Positions 7,777 through 17,667 are shown, counted from the first letter of the whole stretch. The stretch: DNA of 44,739 nucleotides, filler included, from an uncultured virus (IMG/VR IMGVR_UViG_2049941000_000871) (12 parts of one record of this genome joined end to end with filler, not necessarily neighbours in it), one strand, 5' to 3'. Notes: generated from the sequence alone by a model not told the origin. Program-made: numbers and translations.

Positions 7777-10680
7777 ATGAAAGCAGAATTATTTCCATTT
7801 CAGAAGCGAGCATTAAGCGAACTTAGGATGAAATCGACGGAAGCCGTATACCGCTATGAGCGTACTCATTCAAAACAGGTAGTATCTTTTACAGCACCGA
7901 CCGGAGCAGGTAAGACAATTATCATGGCTGCTTTGATAGAGAGTATTTTCTTTGGTGATGAAGCATATCCGGAGCAGCCGGAAGCAATCGTGGTGTGGCT
8001 ATCGGATTCTCCACAGCTGAATGAACAATCTAAAGATAAGATTGATCTGAAGGCAGATAAGATCCGTTTGGGGCAGTGTGTGACAGTTCAGGACGATTCC
8101 TTTGATCAGGAAATGTTCAATGACGGCCATATCTATTTCCTGAACACGCAGAAGCTTGGCAAGAGCTCCAATCTTACGAAGCATACAGATAATCGTCAGT
8201 ATACGATCTGGGAGACTTTGGCAAATACAGCCCGTGAAAAGAGCGACCGTCTGTACTTCATCATTGACGAAGCGCACCGTGGAATGCAGGGACGTGAAGC
8301 CGGACGTGCCACAACGATCATGCAGAAGTTCCTTAAGGGAAGTCCAGAAGATGGTATCGAGGCTATGCCGGTAGTTATCGGAATGTCTGCTACATCTGCG
8401 AGATTCAATGCATTGGTACAGGGTATCGCATCTGATACGCAGTATGTGGTTGTTACAACTGATGAAGTCAGAGCTTCCGGTCTGCTGAAGGATCGTATTG
8501 TTATTTCTTATCCGGAAGATAACACTGGTAATAAGGATATGGCTGTCCTTCAGGCAGCCGCTGATGAATGGAAAGATAAATGGGATCACTGGTATCAGTA
8601 TTGTTATGAACAGCACTATGCATATGTGAATCCGGTACTTGTTATCCAGGTACAGAATGCTACGGCATCTTCAATTTCTGCTACGGATCTCGATGATTGC
8701 GTTCAGAAGATCGAAGAAAGAACAGGCATCCGATTTCAGGAAGGGGAAGTGGTTCATACCTTTGGAGATGCCAATAATGTGATCAGGATCAATGGGCTGA
8801 ATGTGCCATATGTCGCTCCATCGGCCATCGCAGAGGATAAGCGCATCCGAGTTGTATTCTTTAAGGAAAGCTTATCAACTGGATGGGATTGTCCAAGAGC
8901 AGAGACGATGATGTCCTTCCGTCATGCGACGGACGCAACCTATATCGCACAGCTTCTTGGAAGAATGATCCGTACACCGATGCAGATGCATATTCAGGTT
9001 GATGAGACTTTGAATGATGTACATCTGTATCTGCCTTACTTCAATTCCGATACGGTAAAGGAAGTTGTAGAAGAACTGCAGAATGCAGAGGGCGGCGATA
9101 TTCCTGCTGATATCTATGGCGAATCTCTTGATACAAGAGTTATGGATACATTGTCTGTCAGACCGAGAAATACTTCTGGCGGCGGAATACGTCATACACC
9201 GACATATCCGGGACAGATATCATTATTTGATCAACCGGGTGGAACCCAGTCTTCCGAGGTACATGATGGCGCAGGTCAGTATGGTAGTAGTGGGCAGACT
9301 GGAAGTACTTCCGGCGTTCACGAAATACCTTCTGGAATTAATGCTGGCACAAACAATGCGGCTGGCGGCACAACGCATCAAGCAGCCTCTCAGCAGCCGG
9401 AAGAGACACAGAATACACAAGCAGCCGGAGCTGCTCCGGCTGCAGGCGTTACACAGACCAGACCTGCCGGAAACGCAACACAGACAGAACCGGAACACGT
9501 TCAGGAAACATTTATAGATCCTTTAGACAGAGAGGGTGTGGTAAAAGCTATCAATGATTCCGGACTTCTGTCCTACGATGTAAGAAATGTTAGAATCAGC
9601 AACTATCTAAATTCCTTGTACAGCCTGGCAAGACTGCTCAGACAGTCTGGAAAATATCAGGATGCTACAGATGACGTGCTGGAAGAGATCGTAAAGATGA
9701 TCCGTGAATATGTAGGCGATCTGAAACGTAACGGTAAATATGACGATATGGCAAAGAGAATCATGGAGTTTCAGATGAAATCTCAGGTTTTCGATGCTTT
9801 TGGTGAAACTGTAGATGACAACATCGTGCATATGTTCATGTCCTCCACAGATATTGATATCGACCGGCAGTTCCGCAGGGCTGAGACAAAGCTTGGAAAT
9901 GAGGGCGTTGGAAACAAATATGGTCATTACTATTACGATGAGGATGATCCGAACGCCTATAAGATCGATGTCATCCTGTATGCGTCGAATGACGATTGCT
10001 ATGCACGACTTCTGGCTTATGCAGAGAAGATGTTCCATAAGATGAATGATGATTATCGTCGGAAGATCGTGGGATTGGGAGACCGTTTCATCAAACAGTA
10101 TGATGCCATTGTCTCTAACGGAGATGTTGTCAGTAAGCATAACTTCCGCCTCCCGGAGACCATCAGTTTGCCTCATGAAGTAAACGGAAAGGATTATGAT
10201 GATCATCTTTTTGTAGACGATCATGGAAAGGCTCGTATCAATCTGAATAACTGGGAAGAAGGTGTACTGGTAGAGGAACAAGGTCAGGCAGATTATGTAT
10301 GCTGGCTCAGGAATCCTCCGAGAAAGCCTTGGTCTCTCTGCATTCCTTATGAAATGGGAGGAGAGCAGAAACCTGCATACCCGGATTTTGTGATCATACG
10401 TAAGGACAGCGATGACGAATATGTTGTTGATATTTTGGAGCCGCATGATCCTACCAGAATAGATAACCTTGGTAAGGCAAGAGGCTTTGCTGAATATGCA
10501 AGACAGAATCCGGGTGTAGGACGTATACAGCTGATCCGAATGGCCAAGGATGCAGTCGGACATAACAGATTCAAGAGGCTGGATATGGCTATGAGTGCCG
10601 TGCGTGACAAAGTTGCACGAGCCATGACAAACGACGAATTGGATCACATCTTTGATACAGATGGATTCTTCATGGAGTAA
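7777..10680 (+). CDS. res: Type III restriction-like SF2 helicase-nuclease (Res)
   Basis: Walker A APTGAGKT, IIDEAH, MSAT, GWDCPRA, QLLGRMIR, and C-terminal YPDF...ILEPH nuclease-like motif. 967 aa. Confidence 0.85.
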   Translation: MKAELFPFQKRALSELRMKSTEAVYRYERTHSKQVVSFTAPTGAGKTIIMAALIESIFFGDEAYPEQPEAIVVWLSDSPQLNEQSKDKIDLKADKIRLGQCVTVQDDSFDQEMFNDGHIYFLNTQKLGKSSNLTKHTDNRQYTIWETLANTAREKSDRLYFIIDEAHRGMQGREAGRATTIMQKFLKGSPEDGIEAMPVVIGMSATSARFNALVQGIASDTQYVVVTTDEVRASGLLKDRIVISYPEDNTGNKDMAVLQAAADEWKDKWDHWYQYCYEQHYAYVNPVLVIQVQNATASSISATDLDDCVQKIEERTGIRFQEGEVVHTFGDANNVIRINGLNVPYVAPSAIAEDKRIRVVFFKESLSTGWDCPRAETMMSFRHATDATYIAQLLGRMIRTPMQMHIQVDETLNDVHLYLPYFNSDTVKEVVEELQNAEGGDIPADIYGESLDTRVMDTLSVRPRNTSGGGIRHTPTYPGQISLFDQPGGTQSSEVHDGAGQYGSSGQTGSTSGVHEIPSGINAGTNNAAGGTTHQAASQQPEETQNTQAAGAAPAAGVTQTRPAGNATQTEPEHVQETFIDPLDREGVVKAINDSGLLSYDVRNVRISNYLNSLYSLARLLRQSGKYQDATDDVLEEIVKMIREYVGDLKRNGKYDDMAKRIMEFQMKSQVFDAFGETVDDNIVHMFMSSTDIDIDRQFRRAETKLGNEGVGNKYGHYYYDEDDPNAYKIDVILYASNDDCYARLLAYAEKMFHKMNDDYRRKIVGLGDRFIKQYDAIVSNGDVVSKHNFRLPETISLPHEVNGKDYDDHLFVDDHGKARINLNNWEEGVLVEEQGQADYVCWLRNPPRKPWSLCIPYEMGGEQKPAYPDFVIIRKDSDDEYVVDILEPHDPTRIDNLGKARGFAEYARQNPGVGRIQLIRMAKDAVGHNRFKRLDMAMSAVRDKVARAMTNDELDHIFDTDGFFME

Positions 10681-10704
10681 AGAGTATAGATTGGAGGCTT
10701 CAAT

Positions 10705-11014
10705 ATGGACAACGACCAGATTGTAAGCAGGATGAATTCATATTTGCATACTTCCGCTAATGTGTTAGCTGACTGGCTTGGGAGTCTTCTTCCGAGAGCA
10801 TCAGACGATTGGTGGGAAGAGTGTGTTCTGGATAAGTTGAGCTATAACCAGCGTGAGATGGCGATAGAAAGAGGCTTTACGGAGCTTGGCCAGTTTGATC
10901 TGGCTGCATTGCTCCGTATTGCCGATAAATCGTGGTATGCAATGCGTAACGTGGCATTCCTTCCGACAATGCTCATGTACGGTAAGGAAGCAAGCAACCG
11001 AAAACAAGAGATAG
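10705..11014 (+). CDS. Swt1-like HEPN-domain protein, 5' fragment
   Basis: DDWWEECV...FDLAALLRIADKSW pattern recalled for Swt1-like HEPN N-terminal domains. Truncated by a gap. Confidence 0.5.
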
Positions 11015-11114
11015 NNNNNNNNNNNNNNNNNNNNNNNNNNNNNNNNNNNNNNNNNNNNTTAATTAATTAANNNNNNNNNNNNNNNNNNNNNNNNNNNNNN
11101 NNNNNNNNNNNNNN

Positions 11115-11979
11115 TGCATATAATCAGGAGACACGGGCTGTAGAGCAGCATGAAGTTTATAACGGCGAGATTGGCTTGGTGCTGATGCATCCGTTTGATT
11201 CAAAGAACAAGCGGTATAATTTTATTAGTACGATTGAAAGATTCCAGGTTGCATTCTCAAATAAGAATCGGCAGAAATTACGATATAACTATGGTCGTGA
11301 GTATGGGAGGAATGATAAAGGCTGGTATCTTCCGGAACAGAAAGTGCAGGAAAATCTGGAACTGGCATATGCTATCAGTGTTCACAAGTCTCAGGGCTCA
11401 GAGTTTGATTATGTGTATATTGTGATCCCGAAAAGAGATAGTCACCTGTTATCGATGGAACTGCTATATACTGCAATTACCAGAGCACAAAAGAAGGTTA
11501 CGATTCTCTTGCAGGAAGATATAGGTACCTTGACTGCACTGGGACATCTTGAAAAGTCTGCGGTCAGAAGAATCAACTCATCGGTGTTTGCGTTTAATCC
11601 GCTTCCTGAAGAATTGCTATATATTCAGAACTGGTATGCTGATGAGAAGAAGCTGGCTACTTTGTCGGAATACTTTGTGAGATCAAAGTCTGAAGTTATC
11701 ATTGCCAATATGCTTGTGTCAGAAGAAGTGCCGTTTGTTTATGAGGAACCGCTGTATGCGCCGGACGGTACGATGTTCCTGCCTGATTTTACAGTGAAAT
11801 TCCGAGGCGAAACATATTACTGGGAGCATGTTGGAAGACTTGATCTCCCGGATTATCGCGCACACTGGGAAATCAAAGAAAAGTGGTATGAGAAGAACTT
11901 TCCTGGCAAACTGTTGATAACATATGAAGGGAAAGACTTATCAACAGCAGCTATGGATATCATAAAAGGACATAAATAG
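11115..11979 (+). CDS. RecD-like SF1 helicase C-terminus fused to a restriction-endonuclease-like domain, 3' fragment
   Basis: VYNGEIG, AYAISVHKSQGSEF and LLYTAITRA, followed by VRSKSEVIIAN...LPDF...YWEHVG. Confidence 0.8.
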
Positions 11980-12585
11980 ATGAGAAGAAGTGATTATGAA
12001 GTATTACGGCTTCAAACTAATAACATGGCATTAGTTTGGAAGGAATCAAGAGGAATTGCACCAGATAGTGTTGCTGATAAACTTGATGATGCTATGTTGA
12101 AATGGATGTCTGAACTTACAGATACATTGAAAATATGGATCGATAAAGGATCTACTATGACAGATGGTGAATTGATATTAGCTCGTACAAATATGGGAGC
12201 TTTAGTAGAATCCTGGCTTAAATTCTTTTACTGCGTGTTCTACGAAGACTATATGAAGAACCCTCTGACGAAAAAGAACAAAAAAGGAAAAATTATTACT
12301 GTTGAACCTAATAATATGAAATTCGATGATCTGAAGAACTTCAGTAAAGGAATCCTTTGGAACGATGATAAGGATCCATTATACGTATGGGTAGATAAGA
12401 TTCAGCATTATCGAAATGCGGTACATGCATTTAATTACAGAGACATAGGCACGGCTGAAGAATTCGTGTCTGACATGGAGGAGTTTTATAAATTTGTGAA
12501 CCACATATTAGATCATCTTCCACCAATAGAAGATTTTTTGCCATGTTATCCGGCAGGATATGTAACGAATATATATTTTGATTAG
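11980..12585 (+). CDS. Hypothetical protein, HEPN-like
   Basis: 201 aa, predicted helical, with GALVESWL and YRNAVH motifs. Starts immediately after the upstream stop. Confidence 0.55.
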   Translation: MRRSDYEVLRLQTNNMALVWKESRGIAPDSVADKLDDAMLKWMSELTDTLKIWIDKGSTMTDGELILARTNMGALVESWLKFFYCVFYEDYMKNPLTKKNKKGKIITVEPNNMKFDDLKNFSKGILWNDDKDPLYVWVDKIQHYRNAVHAFNYRDIGTAEEFVSDMEEFYKFVNHILDHLPPIEDFLPCYPAGYVTNIYFD

Positions 12586-12590
12586 TTGTA

Positions 12591-12628
12591 TAGCGGCTCT
12601 ACGGTGATAAACCGGGAGCCACTATTTT
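12591..12628. terminator. Terminator hairpin between convergent genes
   Basis: TAGcGGCTC-tacggtgataaaccgg-GAGCCaCTA followed by TTTT, between stops at 12585 and 12633. Confidence 0.6.
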
Positions 12629-12632
12629 CAAG

Positions 12633-14615
12633 TTAATCTTTTTTATAAAAACTGGTCTCGTAGCCGTCGGCGCGGAGAAGGATGTCCGGCATCCAGTCCG
12701 GAGATCTGCCCATCTGCTTGCAAATCACATTCAGGTCAACATCAGGACTGCATTCGATGATCAGCTCATCATGAACGTGACCGACGATGAAGAAGTGCCG
12801 GAGAGTCTTCATGGCGTAACAGAGGATGTCACGGCTGACGGCCTGAACGATGTTCTCCACGAACTTCGGACCGTAGGATTCGATGCGTTCCCATTTCTTC
12901 GTGGATCCTACTCCTTCATAAGTGACGGACTCTCCGCCATACTGGTTTTCTCCGATGCGGGGCTTCACGTAGGAGAGAAGGCGGCCTGAGGGGAGCTTGA
13001 TGAAGAGCATGCCGCTCTTATAAAAGAAACGGATCCCGCGCACTTCAGTCTGGATGCGTTGCGTGATAGTGGTTTTGACGGCGCGGTCGATGTCCCACCA
13101 GAAGGCGGTGATCATAGGGTTGGAGTTTCGCCAGGAGTTGACCAGTGGCTGCAGTTCTTCTTCGGACAGTCCCATTTCAAGAGCACCCATAGATTTCAGT
13201 GCACCGACAGATCCACCATATCCGAGAGCCAATTCTGCGATTTTTCCCTTCTGTCTCAGGTGACCGTTGATCCCGTGCTTTTCGACCGGTACGCTGAACA
13301 TCTGACTGGCAGAGGCACAGTAGATATCTTTTCCTTCTGCAAATACCTTGGAACGCCAGGTTTCACCGGCAAGGTAGGCCAGCACTCTGGCTTCGATGGC
13401 AGAGAAGTCACTGACTATGAACTTGTATCCGGGACGGGGCACGAAGGCCGTCCGGATCAGCTGTGAGAGCGTGTCCGGGATATCATCATAGAGCAGCTGC
13501 AGGGTATCATAATCGCCAGCTTTCACAATGGCTCTGGCATCCGCAAGATCCGACATGTGGTTTTGCGGAAGGTTCTGCAGCTGGATTAGTCTGCCTGCCC
13601 ATCTGCCGGAGCGGCTGGCTCCGTAGAACTGGAACATGCCATGAGCTCTGCCGTCTTTGCAGACAGCATTCTGCATGGCCTGATACTTCTTAACAGATGA
13701 TTTTGCAAGCTGCAGGCGGAGTCGGAGGGCTTCTTCTACTTGGCCGTCAGTATCATCGATCAGCTTTGCCACATCCTTCTTTCCGAGGGATTCTGCTTCT
13801 ATACCGTTTTCGGAGAGCCAGGCTTTCATCTGCATCACGCTGTTCGGGTTCTCTACACCGGTGATATCCTGCATGGTTTCGAAGAGGGCAGTCTTTGAGC
13901 GTTCATCAAAGGTGATGGCGTTCTCCACCACATCCATATCCAGGGCGATACCTCTGTCGTTGATCTCCTGATCGAGATGATATTCATCCCAGATGAAGTT
14001 CGGGACAGGGTATTTCGACAGGCGCTTCTGTATCGCCATCTCGACTTCCACATCGCGCTGATTGTATTTCTTAAAGAGTTCCCATTTCTCAGGATCATGC
14101 TCCGGAAGATTCCGGGTGCGACCGCCGTTTGCCTTGGTTGGTTTACAGGGAGTACAGAAGTAGCGGATCAGATCTTTACCTTCTTTCAGCTTCTGATCCT
14201 GAAGTTTTAATACTGCTCCGACACCTTCCAAAGAGAGCGGAAGTCCCATATACGCTGACCAGATCATGGAACATTTCCACGAGGCCGGATTGAGATACTG
14301 ACCGGCGGGATCTTCCGGGATGCTGTATCCGGTAAAGTATTCCGGGTGATGTTTCTTCAACCAATTGGAGAGACAGACGCGTTCAAAGGAAGCGTTGAAA
14401 GCCCACTTGGTTACATTCTCATCAGATAATGCTGCAAGGATTTCATCGGGAATGGAGTCGCCGCAGGCAAGGTCATACACCACGACGGGTCCACCATCCA
14501 CTGAGACTCCGAAGAGCAGTACCTCAAATTCATCAGACTCAGCGTACTTGTATGCACCGCATTTGGTGATATTTACGTCGCTGTAAGTCTCTAAGTCGAT
14601 TGACATTTCTTTCAT
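12633..14615 (-). CDS. Phage family A DNA polymerase
   Basis: Exonuclease motif SIDLETYS, motif A SDFSAIEARV, motif B RQKGKIAELALGYG, motif C HVHDE. The likely start MKEMSID has an AAGGA RBS. Confidence 0.93.
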   Translation of the reverse strand: MKEMSIDLETYSDVNITKCGAYKYAESDEFEVLLFGVSVDGGPVVVYDLACGDSIPDEILAALSDENVTKWAFNASFERVCLSNWLKKHHPEYFTGYSIPEDPAGQYLNPASWKCSMIWSAYMGLPLSLEGVGAVLKLQDQKLKEGKDLIRYFCTPCKPTKANGGRTRNLPEHDPEKWELFKKYNQRDVEVEMAIQKRLSKYPVPNFIWDEYHLDQEINDRGIALDMDVVENAITFDERSKTALFETMQDITGVENPNSVMQMKAWLSENGIEAESLGKKDVAKLIDDTDGQVEEALRLRLQLAKSSVKKYQAMQNAVCKDGRAHGMFQFYGASRSGRWAGRLIQLQNLPQNHMSDLADARAIVKAGDYDTLQLLYDDIPDTLSQLIRTAFVPRPGYKFIVSDFSAIEARVLAYLAGETWRSKVFAEGKDIYCASASQMFSVPVEKHGINGHLRQKGKIAELALGYGGSVGALKSMGALEMGLSEEELQPLVNSWRNSNPMITAFWWDIDRAVKTTITQRIQTEVRGIRFFYKSGMLFIKLPSGRLLSYVKPRIGENQYGGESVTYEGVGSTKKWERIESYGPKFVENIVQAVSRDILCYAMKTLRHFFIVGHVHDELIIECSPDVDLNVICKQMGRSPDWMPDILLRADGYETSFYKKD

Positions 14616-14674
14616 CTCATTGTCCTTTCTATGAAAAGGGAAGCGGCAGAACATGCCTGCCGCCTCCCTGGTGC

Positions 14675-14890
14675 TTATCGCTTATCTTCAAGGAGCTTCT
14701 TGTAACGGAGCTCAGTCTCCTTGTAATCAAGCTCATCCTTTGCCTTCTTACGTTCGTATTCTTCCTTGTCCTGTTGCTTGATCTGAAGCATGAAGCGGAT
14801 CGCGAAGATCAGTCCGATCAGGAAGGTCAGGATAAGAGCGCATCCGAAGATGTTACCGATAAGAGTTACTACACTGTTTGCAAATTCCAT
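14675..14890 (-). CDS. Small single-pass membrane protein (71 aa)
   Basis: Hydrophobic N-half and charged C-half, GAGG RBS. A homologous copy lies at 20288-20484. Confidence 0.75.
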   Translation of the reverse strand: MEFANSVVTLIGNIFGCALILTFLIGLIFAIRFMLQIKQQDKEEYERKKAKDELDYKETELRYKKLLEDKR

Positions 14891-14963
14891 GATATTTACC
14901 TCATTCTTTCTTTAGATTGTCGCAGGCAGCGGCGGTATTGCCGCCACCTGCTTTGGTTGTCTG

Positions 14964-15119
14964 TTAGTCGAGGAAATCATCCTCATCGTCTGCCGTTGCA
15001 AAGTCATCCTCAGCTCTGGACTTGCCTCCGAGAGGTTCACCATCGCGGATCTTCTGAAGGTTATTCAGACCGCAGGCGATACCCTTGTTGCCGTTGCTGT
15101 TGAAGGCGTACAGGTTGAT
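14964..15119 (-). CDS. DUF2815 family ssDNA-binding protein, 3' part
   Basis: INLYAFNSNGNKGIACGLNNLQKIRDGEPLGG with acidic tail DDEDDFLD. Confidence 0.85.
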   Translation of the reverse strand: MNLYAFNSNGNKGIACGLNNLQKIRDGEPLGGKSRAEDDFATADDEDDFLD

Positions 15120-15525
15120 NNNNNNNNNNNNNNNNNNNNNNNNNNNNNNNNNNNNNNNNNNNNNNNNNNNNNNNNNNNNNNNNNNNNNNNNNNNNNNNNN
15201 NNNNNNNNNNNNNNNNNNNNNNNNNNNNNNNNNNNNNNNNNNNNNNNNNNNNNNNNNNNNNNNNNNNNNNNNNNNNNNNNNNNNNNNNNNNNNNNNNNNN
15301 NNNNNNNNNNNNNNNNNNNNNNNNNNNNNNNNNNNNNNNNNNNNNNNNNNNNNNNNNNNNNNNNNNNNNNNNNNNNNNNNNNNNNNNNNNNNNNNNNNNN
15401 NNNNNNNNNNNNNNNNNNNNNNNNNNNNNNNNNNNNNNNNNNNNNNNNNNNNNNNNNNNNNNNNNNNNNNNNNNNNNNNNNNNNNNNNNNNNNNNNNNNN
15501 NNNNNNNNNNNNNNNNNNNNNNNNA

Positions 15526-16637
15526 CTGAAATCATCTTTGGCTGTGTTCATTGCCGGTCGTTTATCTGATTCCGGCACAAGTGCTGGTTTGCCCTGTGGC
15601 TTTGTGATATAGCCGGTCAGGAGTTCGTTGAACTTCTTCTTGCCGAGAAGAGAAGTCATTGCTGTGATTCCCAGAAGCTTCTTTTCGTAGGGATCGAAGC
15701 CTGCTTCAGCCACGACGGCTGCAACTGCATTCTCATCTGTGAACTTGCGGTTCGATTTTCCTTCCACGACTTTGAAGCCGGGGTACTCTGTGCCGCTGAG
15801 TGCCTGCTGGAGTGCGTATTCTTTGATGTCATTTGCCCAGGCTACCAGATCATCGATCCGGGGAAGGATGGCTGCTATTTCTGCATCATCCAGGTTGGGC
15901 GGCATATCAAAGTCATACTGCGCGAGTTCCAGATTATGTTCGGCACGCTTACGGCAGGTTGCTTTTGCTTTGCAGAACTGGCAGTGATCTCCGGCGTTGT
16001 ATTCGCCTTCGCCGTTGTATGCGAGCTCTGCGGTAGGCTTTAGGATTTCTTCTGCCCATTTCATAAGGTCAGTCTTGCTGATCTCGTAGGTACTGATGTT
16101 GTCTCTGCGGGGCTGGAAGATTGTAAGACGGATGGTCTGTATGTCGTAGATTCCGTCAAAGGTATCCAATGCTCCCAAGGCGTAGCACATCATCTGAGGG
16201 TTTTCTGTGGCATCCACCAGGATACCAAGACCGTATTTGAAATCGATGATATGCAATACATCATCTGCCACGATCACGCAGTCGCCAGTTCCGAAGCCTT
16301 CCGGTACCCACTTTGAGAAGTCCAGCTTTTCCTCTATGAGGATCAGCGGATCGGAACAGTGCTGCTTTGCGTCGTTTACCTGTTCCATAACATAGGAAGC
16401 GTATTCATCGGTGCAGTCAGCCATTTCCGCATCAAAGTAGGTAAGGTTCTCAGTTGGATCGTTGGGATCTCTTCCGAGAAGCTTCTCAACCTTGTATTCA
16501 CAGAGGGCATGTGCATCTGTGCCCTGCTGGGCGTATGGACTTCCGCTGTCGTTGATGCCAGCACATAATTTTGCGCTAGGCGGGCAGGCAAGCCATCTGT
16601 GGCTTGCGGAGGCGGAGAGGTATGCGTGCTTAGGCAT
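15526..16637 (-). CDS. DUF2800 family PD-(D/E)XK (Cas4-like) exonuclease
   Basis: HAYLSASASHRWLACP, GFGTGDC...IIDFKYG, QMMCYALGA, CQFC...C. The 3' end is at the gap. Confidence 0.88.
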
Positions 16638-16650
16638 CTGNNNNNNNNNN

Positions 16651-17058
16651 TCTGCCGTAAACGCCGGAATAGACTTCGGAGCGTTCAAGAATCGGCTGTC
16701 TGTCCGCATCCACGATGCCGGGCGCTGTTGCGCTGTTGGCGTTAATGAAGTATGCGTTCTTGTAAGCCTCATCATCCGGTCTCTCCAGATCACCGTCACG
16801 GAGGGGAGTCTTGATGGCGGAGAGGGCAGGAACGGACTTGCCGTTGCCCTTCAGCTTGCTCTGACCTTCCTCATAAGCTGCCTGGATGGCTGCGTTGATC
16901 TTTGCGACCGTAGCGGTATCGGACTTCGGAATGATGAGCGATACGCTGTACTTCGGTGCGCCGCCGTTGATGCTCTTTGGATCCCAGACATTCGCATAGC
17001 TCCATCTGGTGTTTACGCCTGTGATTACCTTTGTCGGAATTGTTACTTTGTTTGCCAT
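16651..17058 (-). CDS. DUF2815 family ssDNA-binding protein, 5' part (mis-ordered contig)
   Basis: MANKVTIPTKVITG...RWSYANVWDPKSINGGAPKYSVSLIIPK...PLRDGD...VYSGVYGR. RBS GGAGG. Confidence 0.85.
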
Positions 17059-17090
17059 GATTTTTTCCTCCTTATTCTTCNNNNNNNNNN

Positions 17091-17445
17091 TCAGACCTTC
17101 CACCTCTGCTACAAGAGCGGCATAGTCTTTTGCATCCACATCAGTAAGGCTGCCTCCGTTGCCGTACTTCTGAACGATCGCTTTGACATCAGCTTTGAAT
17201 CTGCCGTCTGCTTCGTTTGCCTTCTTTGCCAGGATGCCTCTGACCTCTTCCTTGGAATACTGTTTTTCAGCAGGTGATTCCGCAGGAGCAGCATCCTGTT
17301 TCCTTGTCTTCTTCTCAGGCTTTGCCGGGGCAATTTCTTCGGTTCCGGAATAGAATTCCTTCAAAGCTCTGCCGGTCTCAGCCAATGTTTCTCCGCAACT
17401 GATCAGGTTGTCGATCATGGCGGAGAGCTCACTCATTTTGCTCAT
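17091..17445 (-). CDS. Conserved phage replication-module hypothetical protein
   Basis: MSKMSEL...YSKEEVRGILAKK...LTDVDAKDYAALVAEVEGL. Occupies the usual position upstream of DUF2800. Confidence 0.75.
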
Positions 17446-17590
17446 TGTCTTTACCTCCGTTTTCTGTATTCTGTTTTCTCAGGTTGGCTGCCAGTCTCTT
17501 GGCTACGACGCTTATGGCGATGAGAGTATCTATAAGCTCTTCGTCGATAGCGGTATCCTGCTGGCTGTTATCAGTGGATTCTTTCTGCAT
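17429..17590 (-). CDS. Small hypothetical protein (53 aa)
   Basis: MQKESTDN...DEELIDTLIAISVVAKRLAANL. RBS GAAAGGAAGG. Overlaps the next start. Confidence 0.6.
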   Translation of the reverse strand: MQKESTDNSQQDTAIDEELIDTLIAISVVAKRLAANLRKQNTENGGKDNEQNE

Positions 17591-17632
17591 CTGCAGCACC
17601 TTCCTTTCCGAATGGCTTTGTTGCCTTTCTAT

Positions 17633-17667
17633 CTTCCTAAGCGGGTTTGGAAATGGTTTTTCCGGTC
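17633..17667 (-). promoter_or_regulatory. Bipartite motif GACCGGAAAA-N14-CGCTTAGGAAG, leftward copy
   Basis: Exact match of both boxes and of the spacer length to the rightward copy at 17766-17800. Confidence 0.75.

Noticed and set aside
15526..16637. Cas4 as evidence of a CRISPR-Cas locus
   Set aside because: It is the DUF2800 phage exonuclease in its usual SSB/pol context. No array or other cas genes are present.
14964..17445. ORF-track fusions (611 aa and 271 aa) as novel multidomain proteins; likewise 17848..19584, 20029..20484, 31089..31541, 34148..34705 and 41947..43035
   Set aside because: They read through N gaps and join unrelated genes.
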